In this document: positions 53,143 to 64,000 of the stretch, in pieces | How the letters are laid out: each line of letters starts with the position of its first letter | Position numbering within the stretch: the first letter of the stretch is position 1 | Assembly (NCBI GenBank): GCA_951406725.2 | Contig: OX597828.1 | Span: 64,542,001-64,606,000, forward strand | Length of the DNA stretch: 64,000 nucleotides | Source: Octopus vulgaris | Lineage: Eukaryota | Direction: 5' to 3' | The notes under the pieces: generated by a model | The model's database searches: none | The model's input: the letters and a program-made list of their open reading frames with translations, nothing else | What the model was told of the DNA's origin: nothing | Position numbers and translations under genes: made by a program

Positions 53143-54840
53143 GATAATAATGAATGGCAAAGTGGAGGGCGAAACTGACAGAATATGGAAGAAGTTTAGG
53201 GGCAATAGAAATCAGGAGAGGCATCTTCCAAGGGGACTGACTGTCCCCACTGATCTTTGTATTGTACATGATATCACTAACGCTGATTTTGAGGAAAGCA
53301 AAAGCTGGGTGTGTATTCAAAAGCGTCAACAAAAAGTCAACCATTCGTTTTTCATGGATGAACTCAAACTTTATGGTCAAGATTAATCCCAAGTCAGTTC
53401 CATCGTTGATTCTGTGTATACCTTAGGTCTGAAAAAGTGTGTCTTAGTCTTGAAGAGAGGCAAAATTAAATGTATGCGTGAGCTAGCGACGCCGTCGGGG
53501 GAGGTTATGAAGCAAATAGAAGAGACGGGCTATAAGTACTTGAAGATATTGGAAATAGATAAATTGATGGAAAAAGAAATGACAGAAAAATTTAAGGTGG
53601 AGTACTTGCGCAGACTGAAACTGATCCTTAAGTCGAAATTAAATGGACAGAATAAGATTAAATCTATCAACATCAGGCGGTTTTACTCCTTAGATATGGA
53701 GCAGGGTAATCGCATGCACAGTAGACGAACTAAACAGCTTAGACAGAAAGACAAGGAAGTTACTGACCAGATATGAGATACTCCATCCAAAAAGTGACAC
53801 ATATACCAAGAAAAAGAAGGGGAAGAGGACTGATTGGATGCGAACACAGCATTAGAGCAGAAGCAAACAACGTAGCATGGTATGTAAAAAATGCTACAGA
53901 ACCGCTATCATTGGAAGTAAGAAGGTCGGGCTTGTGTAGGATGGAAGATTGCAAAGATAAAGCACTGTACAAGCACTTGTGAATGAATGAAACTGAAAAT
54001 AGGGGGATAAAGAAAAGAATGCATGGACGATTGATGTTGAAGATAATACAGACTGAAAAAAAGATGGCTATGGATGACTGAAAGTGATTTAAAACCGGAA
54101 ACGTAGGCTCTAATCTGTGCTGCCCAACAGCAACCATTAAGAAGAAAATTACATCAAATACAGAATAGAAAGTGATGAGTGCAGAATTTGGGGACAAAAT
54201 GGTGAAACCATATGCCACGTTACTAGTCAATGTACGCCACTAGTCCGGAAAGAACATAAGAGACGTCATGACAAAATAGCAAGGATTGTTCATTGGAACT
54301 TTGCAAGAAGTATGGACTTGACAGAGCAAATAAGTGGTACGAACATAAACCCGAATGCATCATCGAAAATGATAATGCAAAGATCCTATGGGATTTTATG
54401 ATTCAGTGCGACCATGAGATAGAGAATAGGAAACCAGCCATAGTGTTAATTGAGAAAGAAAGCAAACGATGTTGGATCATAGATATAGCATGCCCAGTTG
54501 ACAACAAGGTATGCGATAAAGAAGAAAGAAAAGTCACGAGATATAACAGGTTAGCTTGGGAGGTGAAGCAGTAGCGGTCGTTAAAAAAAGTTGTGGTAAT
54601 ACCAATAATTGTCGGAGCCCTGGGAGCAGTGAGTAAAAATCTTGAGAAGTACGTGGAACAAATAGTGACTGCAATAAGGGTGGAGCACTTGTAGAAACAG
54701 CACTGCTTGAAACAGCTTGAATACTCCGGAAGTTGCGCGAAAAATAAGAGGTGTTACCTTAGTTCACTGGTAGTGAACAGCTGACATCGTAGTATATCTC
54801 CAGCGTTAGAAGCTGTGCAAAGGCAATTATAGCAATAATA
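53143..54840 (+). mobile_element. R4/Dong-like RLE LINE, decayed (RT C-terminal half, knuckle, RLE)
   Basis: FQGD*LSP, NHSFFMDELKLY, YKYLKILE, YLRRLKLILKSKLNG, PRKRRGRGL, HWELCKKY..ILWDF..NRKPAIV..IIDIACP. Confidence 0.85.
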
Positions 54841-56516
54841 ATTTTTGAAAATACGGAGTTAGTTGATTACATCGACCTTAGTTCGTTAATCGTTCTTTAT
54901 TTTATTGACCCTGGAAGGATGACAAATAAAGTTAGCTTCGGCCAGATTTGAACTCAGAATGTAAGGCATTTTATTTAAGGCTCTATAACGGTTCTCCTAA
55001 TCCAGCGCCTTTATCATAAAATACCGTTAGTAGAATAAGATTTCATTTTAGCAATTCTATGGTCTATACTTTTTTATGTTATTAATTTCAGTCATGGGAA
55101 CACGACCATGCTGGGGCATTACGTCTATTTTGATTAGTAGATCATACTGACCTCAGTACTTATTTTATTGATTTCTATTTATCGACCGACTAAGTTACCT
55201 TATGAAGCAAAGAGACGCATGTCGACGCACTGATATTGTTAGTTCCAGATATTATTGTTCTACAACAATATTGTTTAGCCCCAGGTCAGTCCTGATCCAG
55301 CAGCCCTACAATCGATAGGGTTGCAACTGTGTTCATTCTGTTATTTACATCTTAGACTACATTATACATTGTTGTTGTCGTTTAATCCCGGATAAACTGA
55401 TTCAGTAGAACCATTGTGAAAGAATGTTCCAGCGATAACTGGTCTTTATTAATGCATAATATAACTAAGAGTACATTATCTAATGTGCCATTTCTTTTTC
55501 TGGTTGATTAATCTCAAGTTAATCCTTGATTCCGTCGATTAATCACCACTACATAATTCAGTCATGCATTTCTTTAAGACGAAAGAATGTATGGATTGAG
55601 GCACATTTGGCTGCTTTTTCTTGCTGCTCCAATTCCACTTGGAGGCTCCCATCCACTTAGAGAGGAATTTTATTTGTTTTGTTACTTAGTAGATGTTTTA
55701 ATTTCCCCGAATCGTGGTGTTTTAGTTGCTGCAGTTGTGTTGATGCTGGTTGAAGTAGTGATTTGGTGACTGCGAGGATTGTATTGTGTTGGTTGTAGTA
55801 TTCTTGTGGTAACTAGTGGTGTTGTGGTTGTTGGAGTGGTATAGTGCTGAGGGGACAGGTGAGTGTTGTAGTGTTAAGGTAGTTGTATTGCGGTATAATA
55901 GTATTGAACCACCACAACTCTACTACAGTCAAGACAATACAATCACAACCAACACAGCATCAATACAACCACAACAACACCTCAACCACAACAACACAAC
56001 ACAGTGAAAATAAATAGATGAAATCCCTTATATCAATCGTAGTCAGACTGCGGCCCGCGAGCATTCTAAATGGCTCGCCAAACAGAAAATTACCTTGACT
56101 GCTTTTAGTACTCCGACCCGTCTGATAAGGAGTTATGTTTCATGCAGACCGCTTCTGGGTAAAGGTTACTAATGACTGCTCTAAAAGTTAATGGAGCTTC
56201 GAAGTCACTTGCTAGAAAAAGCAGCAAGCCTGCATCAGTCTATACGTTCTTCCGACTCGAAGAAATGGCACGTTGAATAATGTAGTTGTAGATGTACTGT
56301 GATGGAATAAAGACAATGTGGTTAAGGTTAGAACGTGTTTGAGGATAGATGTAATAGATATTAACAAATGGTTGTGGAAAGATGGCTGGCTTTGCAACCA
56401 CTTGGTTTAAGGTTCAGTACCACTGTACAGCACCTGGTGCAAGTGTCTTTGTGTAAAGTTCCGGGCCAAATAAAACATTGAGTGAATTTGGTAGACAGAA
56501 ACTGAAAGAAGCACGT

Positions 56517-56596
<80 letters not shown>

Positions 56597-58215
56597 CCTA
56601 CCACCCGGTTTTGGTTGTTCTTTATGTCTGTAACTCAGCAGTTTAACAAAAGATATCGATAGAATAAGTATCAGAATTTGAAAACAAAATAAGTCCTGGG
56701 GTCAATTTGTTCGACTAAAACCCTTCAGGGCGGTGCCCCAGCATGGCCGCAGTCCAATGAATGAAACAAGTAAAAAAGAAAAAAGAATCTCCTCTTTCTT
56801 TTCGGTCGTAAACTTTTCTTCTTCCTTTCATCTCCTCCTCCTCCTCCTCCCGTGGACTTCCTCATACTTCCAAAGTTCCCCCACCTCCCATTTACATCAC
56901 CCTCCCACCAACACCACCACTCACTCCAGGCCACTTCTTCTCATGCTCTATTCACTTTACCCTCTCTCCCTCCCCTTCTTTCTCTCCTAATTACCTCAAA
57001 TACTAACAGTGGTCACGTGTGCTATCCAAAGCCGCCATACAGATCACGTGTCATCTCCACTCGACATGTTAACTTCACAAACCAATCGTTGCAATTTGTA
57101 AGGGTTATTGCTATACTTAAGGGACGGCGGTGTTGGTGGCCGTATTGTTTTTGTTGTTGTTGTTGTGGTGGTGGTGGTGGTGGTGGTGGTGGTGGTTTTA
57201 ATGGCGATGCTTATAGTATTGGTAATCGTGGCCATGGTGTGGATGCGAAGGAGGGCAGAGATGTTTATCGTTGAAGTAGTGACGGTTGTAGTGTTGAAGT
57301 GGTAGCTCTATTGTTTGGAGCTGAAGTGATGGTGGTTTGGGCGATGGTTGGTGCAGTGGTAGTTATTTCGGGGGTGGCGTGTGGGCTGGGGGGATACGTG
57401 AGGGTGGTGGCGTTGTTCGTTGAGGATTCCATGATGTCGCCAGTGTTTTGTTATTGTTGAACCCTAGGACAGCTCTAGTCAATCAGTTAGACTTATGATC
57501 TAAATTCCACCAGCCATGACCATCCTGTCTTAGTGTTGTGTGGGAGAACATTAGTTGATGCACTCTTTTCTTATTTAAGAGGGGAATCTGCGTATTGAGG
57601 GTGAGTTGGCTGCTATTTCTAACATTTTCAATCACCACAGAGAGAGAGACCTGTTTTATTATTGTTTAAGCTCAAAACAACTTTGATCGAGAAGACCAAT
57701 AATCAGTGGCATTCCAACCGTGACCATCCTTCTTTGATATATTTTATATTTCAGACAGTCTAAGACAAAACACATTATCTAATAACCTTTCATTTTGTTT
57801 GACATACAGCCTAATTTTAGGGAGATTTAGCTACTATTGTTAGCAGGTCACCTTTTTAAGGAATACACGGCTGTTTTCTGGTAGGTCCCTTGTTGCTGTT
57901 GTAGTGGTGGTGGTCGCCTTTGTTGTTGTTTATTTGTTCCTGTCTTTGTGGTTATGAAGTTAAGTTTTCGCGGTTAGCACAGTATTGCGGCTAACGTTGC
58001 ACGTAACGGAGATATATATATATATATATATATATATCAATCCATGCTTATATACATACAGACACACACCGCATGTATGTATGCATATATGTATAAGCAC
58101 TCACACATATCTGTAACTATGCTTTGATTGTACGTGTTGCTGTTCTTGATTGTGCTTGCGTGTGCACAGCGTGTGTTTGTATGCATGGTGCAAGCTATGT
58201 ATGCGATGTGGTACG

Positions 58216-58246
<31 letters not shown>

Positions 58247-59349
58247 TGCAAGCGCAGGTTGGGGGTCAACAAAGGACGAGGACTAAGTTACGATAGCACG
58301 GAACGTTACTATCAACACAATGAATTCATTTCGTTATTAGTGTACATCATTAGTGTTATATTTCAACCAATCAGCATGAGTTAATTACCCATTTGCTCAT
58401 TGGTCACGTGGCTGCCTCCAATTAACAATCTGCTTATTTATTTTTTCAATTAATGAACTGATATTTCAAAATAATAATAATAATAATAATAATAATTAAT
58501 AATAATAATCAATACAGACAAAATCAAGTCAACAGTCTTCACTCTGAACCCTAAACTCTTAACTACGACCCCTAAACGTAACCACAACCATAAGTCTAAC
58601 CCCTAACTCTCATTTAATTCATAAAAGATAAAGATGAAAAAAAAAACAGTGGTGGGGTGGTGGGGGTGTTGCAAGATTAGGGTCCAAAGGGAAAGAGTTG
58701 TGGTTTCTGTTGCACAAAAGATATGCGTTGGGGTGGGGTCTCGACAAAAAGGTTTTGGTGGTTGCGGTTCTGTATGTGAATGTGTGTGTGTAGGGCCAAG
58801 GGGTTGTTGTTTGGTGGTGGCGAAGGAAGTATCGTTATAGTCGTGTCTGTAATATTGGCTTGACATGTGTCCTTGTGGTTGCAGCGTAGTGGTATAGTTA
58901 AGAAATTTCTTCACAGTCATGGAATCATGGGTTCGATTCTGCTTCATGGAATCTTGGTCAGCTGCCTTTTAGTATCACATCGTTTCGAGTCAACACTTGA
59001 AGGTGAAAACGAGTTGCCAGAAATTGAGGAAATAAATTTCTCCTTTTCTAAAAGAAAAAAAAATACAGAAGCACAAAATGCTTCCAAAATGAAGAATTAC
59101 GTTAGAATAGTATCCTAAAGGAATATTTGCTTACATATATACATCACGGAATTTTGTCAATGAACAGGTCGCGGTCTCAAAGCGACAAAAATATTTTGGC
59201 AAATTAAATTTAAATGTTGAAGTGAATCTAACGGTTTTTGTGTGTTTCTTAAATGGCTTATAAACACCTTCCACGCTGCAATTGTTTTCGTTCCAACACG
59301 ATCTCAGATCAGGTCACTTGCTATGCAAGTACATCTCCGCAATATATAT

Positions 59350-59935
59350 ATATATACACAACCCATGTCACCAGAATATCTTCAACATTGCCAAAGCAAA
59401 CCTACCAATCATTGCCCAAAGTAATGAATTAAAAGACATAATCAAGGATCGAGCTATGGTGCTTAGTAAAAGACAGCCTAAAAACTTGAAAACATTACTA
59501 ACAAAGGCAAAATTTGACCTCAGCAACAAAGACCAAACATTCACGGTATCTAAATGCAATGATAGCCGATGTGGCACATGCCAATTCATACATACCGGTC
59601 AATATATAAACACAAAAACCGGGAAAATATTCACAAACGCGAATATGAACTGCAAAAGCAGAAATTTAATTTACTGCATCAAATGCCCAAATTGTGAAGA
59701 AATATATGTAGGTCAGACGGGAAACGCACTATTAGAACGCTCACGTGTACACCGGCAACAGATTAGAGACCCAGAGGTCCGTCAGATACCTTTGAGTAAC
59801 CACCTAGCAACATGTGGTCGGAAAATATATATAATATTTCCATTCTACAAATTACACAGCCCAAGTGAAATCGAGAGGAAAATCAGAGAAAAGAATTTTA
59901 TTGATAAATTCGAACCCAAGCTAAATAAGCAATAA
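59350..59935 (+). pseudogene. Penelope-like (Neptune-type) Zn-finger plus GIY-YIG endonuclease, 5'-truncated, open frame
   Basis: RQPKNLKTLL, CNDSRCGTC, NLIYCIKCPNCEEIYVGQTG, RSRVHRQQIRD, REKNFI..PKLN*. Confidence 0.85.
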
Positions 59936-60430
59936 TAATAATACTTAGAGGTATTACTTCCACTGCTACGACCATGACCACTAACAACAACAACAATACT
60001 AAAGGTGATCAAGACGAAGATAGCAGGAACATTATCTTATTTAGGGTTAAAAGTTCTATTGCCACCACCATCACCACTAGCAACAATAATTAAGGTGCTG
60101 ACAATGATGATGATGACAATTGAAATATAAAAATATAAAAATCTCTGACAAAGGATATTTACAACATTTCTAAAAATAACCCAACAATTGCTGCTTCGGC
60201 CAGGGTCAAGATACAGGACTCTTGACCTGTCCAACAAAGCGTGATGCCTAAACCAATCAGCTCAACCAACCAATCAGCTTAAGTAATTGAGTGATACTAC
60301 ACACTGATTGGTCAGAATACAGTTTGCAAAACCTAGCACTCTGGAGCCTACCCAGCTGTATTTATAGCACAGAATCACTCATCTTGCTACAGTCAAAAAT
60401 TGTGAAGCATGACTGTCAACACTACTACAT

Positions 60431-60473
60431 GAACCCGAAGATTGCAGAATTCAATGCATGAAAGTACTAGTTC
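60431..60473 (+). ncRNA. Minimal type I hammerhead in the 3' region of that Penelope element
   Basis: GAAC-CCGAAGA-TTGCA..TGCAT-GAAAG-TA-CTA-GTTC; palindromic AGTACT stem III. Confidence 0.65.
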
Positions 60474-60655
60474 AATCAGAATGAATATTTAACATTCTAC
60501 TATTTCATTTTATTTTATTCAATTATAATATATTATCTTATAATATATCATTATAAGATTGTAAATAAAACGTGAAAATCAGACAAGGTTGGAATTCTTT
60601 TTATTAATATATTCTTCTATACACAATCACACACACCCATATATATATATATATA

Positions 60656-60689
<34 letters not shown>

Positions 60690-61051
60690 TCTGTGATTAT
60701 AAATAGAGAAATATACTATGACAATATTTATTATACCGTTGGATATTCGTGTCTAATAACAGTTACTTCGCAGCTTAATAAATATATAAAAATAATTTAT
60801 TTTATCATATTTTGTATTAAATAATAAATTGCTTACATGTTCTGTATTAATGTATACATAATTCTTAAATTAAAGCAGTTTTAAATAAATGTAATTGGGC
60901 TTGTCCGTCAGGTTAAAAGAATCTCATATTCAAAATCTTTTATGTCGTGTATGCATACATACATTCTTTTACTTGTTTCAGCCATTTGACTGTGGCCATG
61001 CTGGAGCACCGCCTTTAATCGAGCAACTCGACCCCAGGACTTATTCTAGTA

Positions 61052-61466
61052 TACTCTTTACTCTTTTACTTGTTTCAGTCATTTGACTGCGGCCATGCTG
61101 GAGCACCGCCTTTAATCGAGCAACTCGACCCCAGGACTTATTCTTTTGTAAGCCCAGTACTTATTCTATCGGTCTCTTTTGCCGAATCGCTAAGTAACGG
61201 GGACATAAACACACCAGCATCGGTTATCAAGCAATGTTGGGGGGATAGACACATAAACATAAACATACACACACACACATACATACATATACATATATAT
61301 ATATATTCGACGGGATTCTTTCAGTTTTCGTCTACCAAATCCACTCACAAGGCTTTGGTCGGCCCGAGGCTATAGTAGAAGACACTAAGGTGCCACGCAG
61401 GTGGGACGGAACCCGGAACCATGTGGTTGGTAAACATGCTACTTACCACACAGCCACTCCTGCGCC
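61052..61466 (-). mobile_element. SINE family A, with a partial tandem duplicate at ~60963-61047
   Basis: Same structure as 38096-38555. Confidence 0.85.
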
Positions 61467-61595
61467 TATATATATATATATAAATTCAGTGTGTTGCGTT
61501 CCATTACTTGAGAAATGTAAAAATGTATAAACAAACGACGTACCTTATCGTGAATGTAAAAACGGATGTGAGACAAACAGAAAGTCCATAATTCT

Positions 61596-61676
61596 TCATC
61601 AGTCATCGACCAACGGTACTCTTCAGTTTCGCACCTTTAACGATAAAACCGATTGCTTCTCAACTGACTGGACGTC
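61596..61676 (-). ncRNA. Putative permuted hammerhead, copy 4 (degenerate)
   Basis: Minus strand: TCGGT-T-TTATCG..GGTGC-GAA-ACTGA..CGATGA-CTGATGA. Stems I and III are clear; II and the extra helix are eroded. Confidence 0.55.
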
Positions 61677-61852
61677 TTCTATCTCTCTCTTCTAGAAAAT
61701 ATTTCTCCCAGCGTTCGCTACTTTCCCCTCGTTCTGATCAAACGACCCTCCATGTTTGTTTTCGTTCGGTTTCATTGTATGTCTCCACTGTTCTGTTTTT
61801 GTTCCCAATTTTTACCGTCCGTAAATCCCAAATTATATTTTGGTATTTATGG

Positions 61853-61929
61853 GAGCAACTGTCTTCGAAGACTCATACTGTCATTGAATGCTCGAAATGA
61901 GGAGTAGATAGGCAGCCGACAACTGATGA
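61853..61929 (+). ncRNA. Putative permuted hammerhead, copy 5
   Basis: GAGCA/TGCTC (II), CTGTCT/AGATAG (extra), CTCAT/ATGAG (III), AUA triplet, (C)TGTC/GACA(A) (I), then CTGATGA at 61923-61929. Confidence 0.72.
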
Positions 61930-62417
61930 AGGGTCGTTCTTTGTGTTGCTTGTCCTGTTTTCCATTTGTTTCTCTCGTTGCTTGCGTATTTAACTCCTTT
62001 GTTTTCGTACTTCATGTTGTTTACGTCCTGTACCCATATATGCAAATATATACACTCACACACTCACACACACACACAGACACACACACACACACACTGA
62101 TGTATATCCCGCCTCTGCCTTTTTTTTTTTTTTTTCGATAAGCAAAGTCAGCCATTTCTTTCAAACTACTCCTACTACAGTTTCTCGCCACAGATCTCTT
62201 GTTATCTTCCTCTAAATGTAACTCCATCTTCCATTTCAGTAACAACTTGAAGTTGTTGGACGGCTTTGCAAAGTAATGGACGGCTTTGCAAAAAGAAAAA
62301 TGCGATCTAAAGACGTTCATTAATCATGTGACGCCATTACATAGACATAAGTTTATCGAGAGGATTTTATCTGGCCATTAGCAGACATCCTCTCATTCCC
62401 CCATCACCCTTGCTCGC

Positions 62418-62497
<80 letters not shown>

Positions 62498-62577
62498 ATC
62501 TGCATGTTTGTCTGTCTGTCTGTCTATATACATATGTGTGTGTATATGTGTGTGTGTATGTGTGCGCGTCCGAGGGC

Positions 62578-62611
<34 letters not shown>

Positions 62612-63950
62612 GCATATATTCATGCGTACAAGCATACATAGTCACACGCACGCACACACACGCGCGCGTATACACACACGTATCACCTCTACCGCCACGA
62701 CTACCACCACCTTAACACACCGTACAAACCACAAACATATTATAACCTGATCCTCACATCTTATCGGATATTTAACCCAATCTTCCCCTTTTACAGTCTC
62801 ACATTCACCAAAATTGATCTCGTTAAGTTGGGCCATAGTAAGGTGGAGGGGTAGGGAGGAGGGAGGGAAGTGCTTATGTATTTAGGGGTATGTAAATAGT
62901 TAGGTGGATCGAAGGGCGGTCGGTGGGTACTCGAGCCGTTAGGATGTTTTGTTAGATAACGGGTGTGTGGGTAAATTGTTTGTCTAGTTGTTAATCTCGC
63001 AGGACGAACGACGATCCCCTTATCTACCCATTCACCTAATTGACCATCAACTGATCTACCCATCAAATTATCTCCCTGGATATATTCTAGCATACAAATC
63101 AACCAACCCTTCTGACCTAAAAAAAAATAAACAAACAAATCTGCTGATCGATCAGTTTGATAAACCAACCTTCATTATCCTAATCAGATAGAACTTGATC
63201 AGCCACCCTGAAATGGCGTACCCACTATTTGAAGGGTTGCCTAGCCACCCGTCATACAACAACCATACCAGTCACTCGTTATCCATCTCACAACATTTCC
63301 TGTCAGCTAATAAACGCAATGGAAATTGCTGAGACAAGAAAGTATTTCGTTTCGTAGCGCCAAGGGTTTGAACAAACCATAAGATAGGCATCAAGTGAGT
63401 CGACATTGGAGTCTGGTTTCATATTCGTTTGTTTAAAATTTCACGAAATATCGAATTCTTCTAATCGAGGTGCAGACATGTTTGGATAGTCAACTCGTAA
63501 TTTTGTGCTTTCGAATCGAAACACAATGCGTGGAACCTTGAGAAGATGAAGGACTTGGATAAGGTTTACCCTAGCTTTCGGTCGAGTAATGTTTTGTGAG
63601 TAAAACGTAGTGAAAGGAAACTGTGGGAAAGCTTTTCAAAAACACGATATTTGTTTTAATGTAGCTGACTTAGCTCGTCGCACTGTTAAACACCACCACC
63701 TAGTCTTTTAGTGCCTTTGTTTATGTGGAATGTTTTTATTCTTGCCGAGTTGGTCGGTCACTTCTCTGAAGAATAATGAGCGACTGACTCCAACAAAATT
63801 TTATTAACGAGTATCAATGTATATATACATACATACATATGCGTATGTATATATACATATATATATATATGTGTATATATACATATATATACATGCATAT
63901 GTATATATACATATATACGTATGTATATTCATATATCGTAATACACACAC

Positions 63951-64000
<50 letters not shown>

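Overview
Eukaryotic, AT-rich, microsatellite-saturated DNA ((TA)n, (CA)n, (GA)n, (TAA)n, (GACA)n). The repeat mix points to a coleoid cephalopod, most likely Octopus; this is an inference from repeat content. I found no host protein-coding exon, and nearly all listed ORFs are microsatellite read-through, so the window looks like a large intron or gene desert. Supportable features: an intron-containing elongator tRNA-Met gene; decayed Penelope-like retroelements (RT, GIY-YIG, hammerhead ribozymes, inverted terminal pieces); R4/Dong-like RLE LINE fragments in (TAA)n; a full-length, GC-rich Tc1 with a broken transposase; mariner relics; a pogo/Tigger-like MITE; Helitron-like elements; and many tRNA-derived SINEs. 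The top finding is five divergent copies of an ~75-80-nt motif that contains all hammerhead core parts (NUH, CUGANGA, GAAA) in a non-circularly permuted, pseudoknotted order, with compensatory changes across four helices. These copies sit in elements that end at (TA)n tracts.
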